DNA of 64,000 nt from the NCBI GenBank assembly GCA_963740085.1, contig CAVUCU010000004.1:352001-416000 (forward strand). Direction: 5' to 3'. Below, one piece after another: positions 63,375 to 64,000 of the stretch. The position numbers were made by a program, and so were the translations under genes. Position 1 is the stretch's first letter. Each line of letters begins with the position of its first letter. This stretch comes from Nitrospirota bacterium (GTDB taxonomy: Bacteria; Nitrospirota; UBA9217). The notes under the pieces were generated by a model. The model worked only from the letters and a program-made list of their open reading frames with translations. It was not told the origin of the DNA and made no database searches.

Positions 63375-64000
63375 AGGTACTGCTGATCTCAGCCAATGTG
63401 ACACTGTCGCCATACCCGCTCTACCCCCTGGGTGTGAGCATCATTGCTGCCGTGCTCACGAAGGCCGGTCATACGGTGCAGCAGGCGGACTTCCTGCAGC
63501 AGAACAATTCGCTTGAGGCGATCGGCCGGGAGGTGCGCGAGTTCGGACCCGACCTGGTCGGGATATCGGTGCGCAATATCGACAACGTGAACCTCATTCA
63601 CGAGCAGTATTACATCCAGAACGTAAAGAACATCGTGAGCACGGTCCGGGAGGCCTCGAAGGCAAAGGTGCTCCTGGGAGGAGCGGGGTTTTCTCTTGTC
63701 CCGGATCTGATCCTCAAGGAGACCGGCGCCGATTACGGCATTATCGGTGAGGGTGAGGTCCTGGCGGTCGAGTTCGCGAACAACGCAGCCAAAGGGATAT
63801 ATCCGAAGGAGACCCTCATCGACTCAACGACCAGGCTTCCGGGTTCGCAGATCAGCTCGGCTCTCTATGATGAGCGGCTGCTCGAATTTTATCTCCACAG
63901 CGGCAACATCGCCTCGATCCAGACAAAGCGGGGCTGTACCCATAAATGCGTGTACTGCACCTATCCCCTGCTTGAAGGCGCGGAGCTTCGCAGGAGGGAA
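63371..64000 (+). CDS. Lipid-biosynthesis B12-binding/radical SAM protein (3' partial)
   Basis: MKVLLISAN..SPYPLYPLG, ISVRNIDN, GEGE and QTKRGCTHKCVYCTYP; runs off the window. Confidence 0.85.
   Translation, partial: MKVLLISANVTLSPYPLYPLGVSIIAAVLTKAGHTVQQADFLQQNNSLEAIGREVREFGPDLVGISVRNIDNVNLIHEQYYIQNVKNIVSTVREASKAKVLLGGAGFSLVPDLILKETGADYGIIGEGEVLAVEFANNAAKGIYPKETLIDSTTRLPGSQISSALYDERLLEFYLHSGNIASIQTKRGCTHKCVYCTYPLLEGAELRRRE

Overview
Bacterial chromosomal window, mostly moderately GC-rich. Gene content suggests an anaerobic Nitrospirota/Desulfobacterota-like organism (inference only). From left to right: (1) the end of an element integrated at tRNA-Ala(GGC), carrying a VPLPA/PEP-CTERM lamin-tail protein, a low-GC RelE-like/XRE/DUF6941-like trio and a tyrosine integrase whose C-terminus is read from the tRNA antisense strand; (2) a HEAT + HD-GYP pair and an ABC/LolA-like/outer-membrane operon interrupted by gene debris; (3) a PyrR-attenuated pyr/car operon, greA, xerD and a DHH-CBS tRNA nucleotidyltransferase; (4) a solitary integron-type cassette with its own promoter; (5) an SbtM-type radical SAM/SPASM maturase with an unannotated 78-aa precursor (36522-36758, minus) that has three in-frame UGA codons, each followed by a SECIS-like hairpin, which is the strongest candidate for an overlooked system (a multi-selenocysteine RiPP); (6) queA and an archaeal-type PheRS; (7) a >16 kb aryl-polyene/ladderane-like lipid cluster with three radical SAM genes, running off the window. 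Intergenic spaces are full of 7-mer and 9-mer palindromic repeat elements. Five otherwise intact genes each carry a +1 frameshift, probably sequencing errors. Family assignments come from motif recognition, not database searches.
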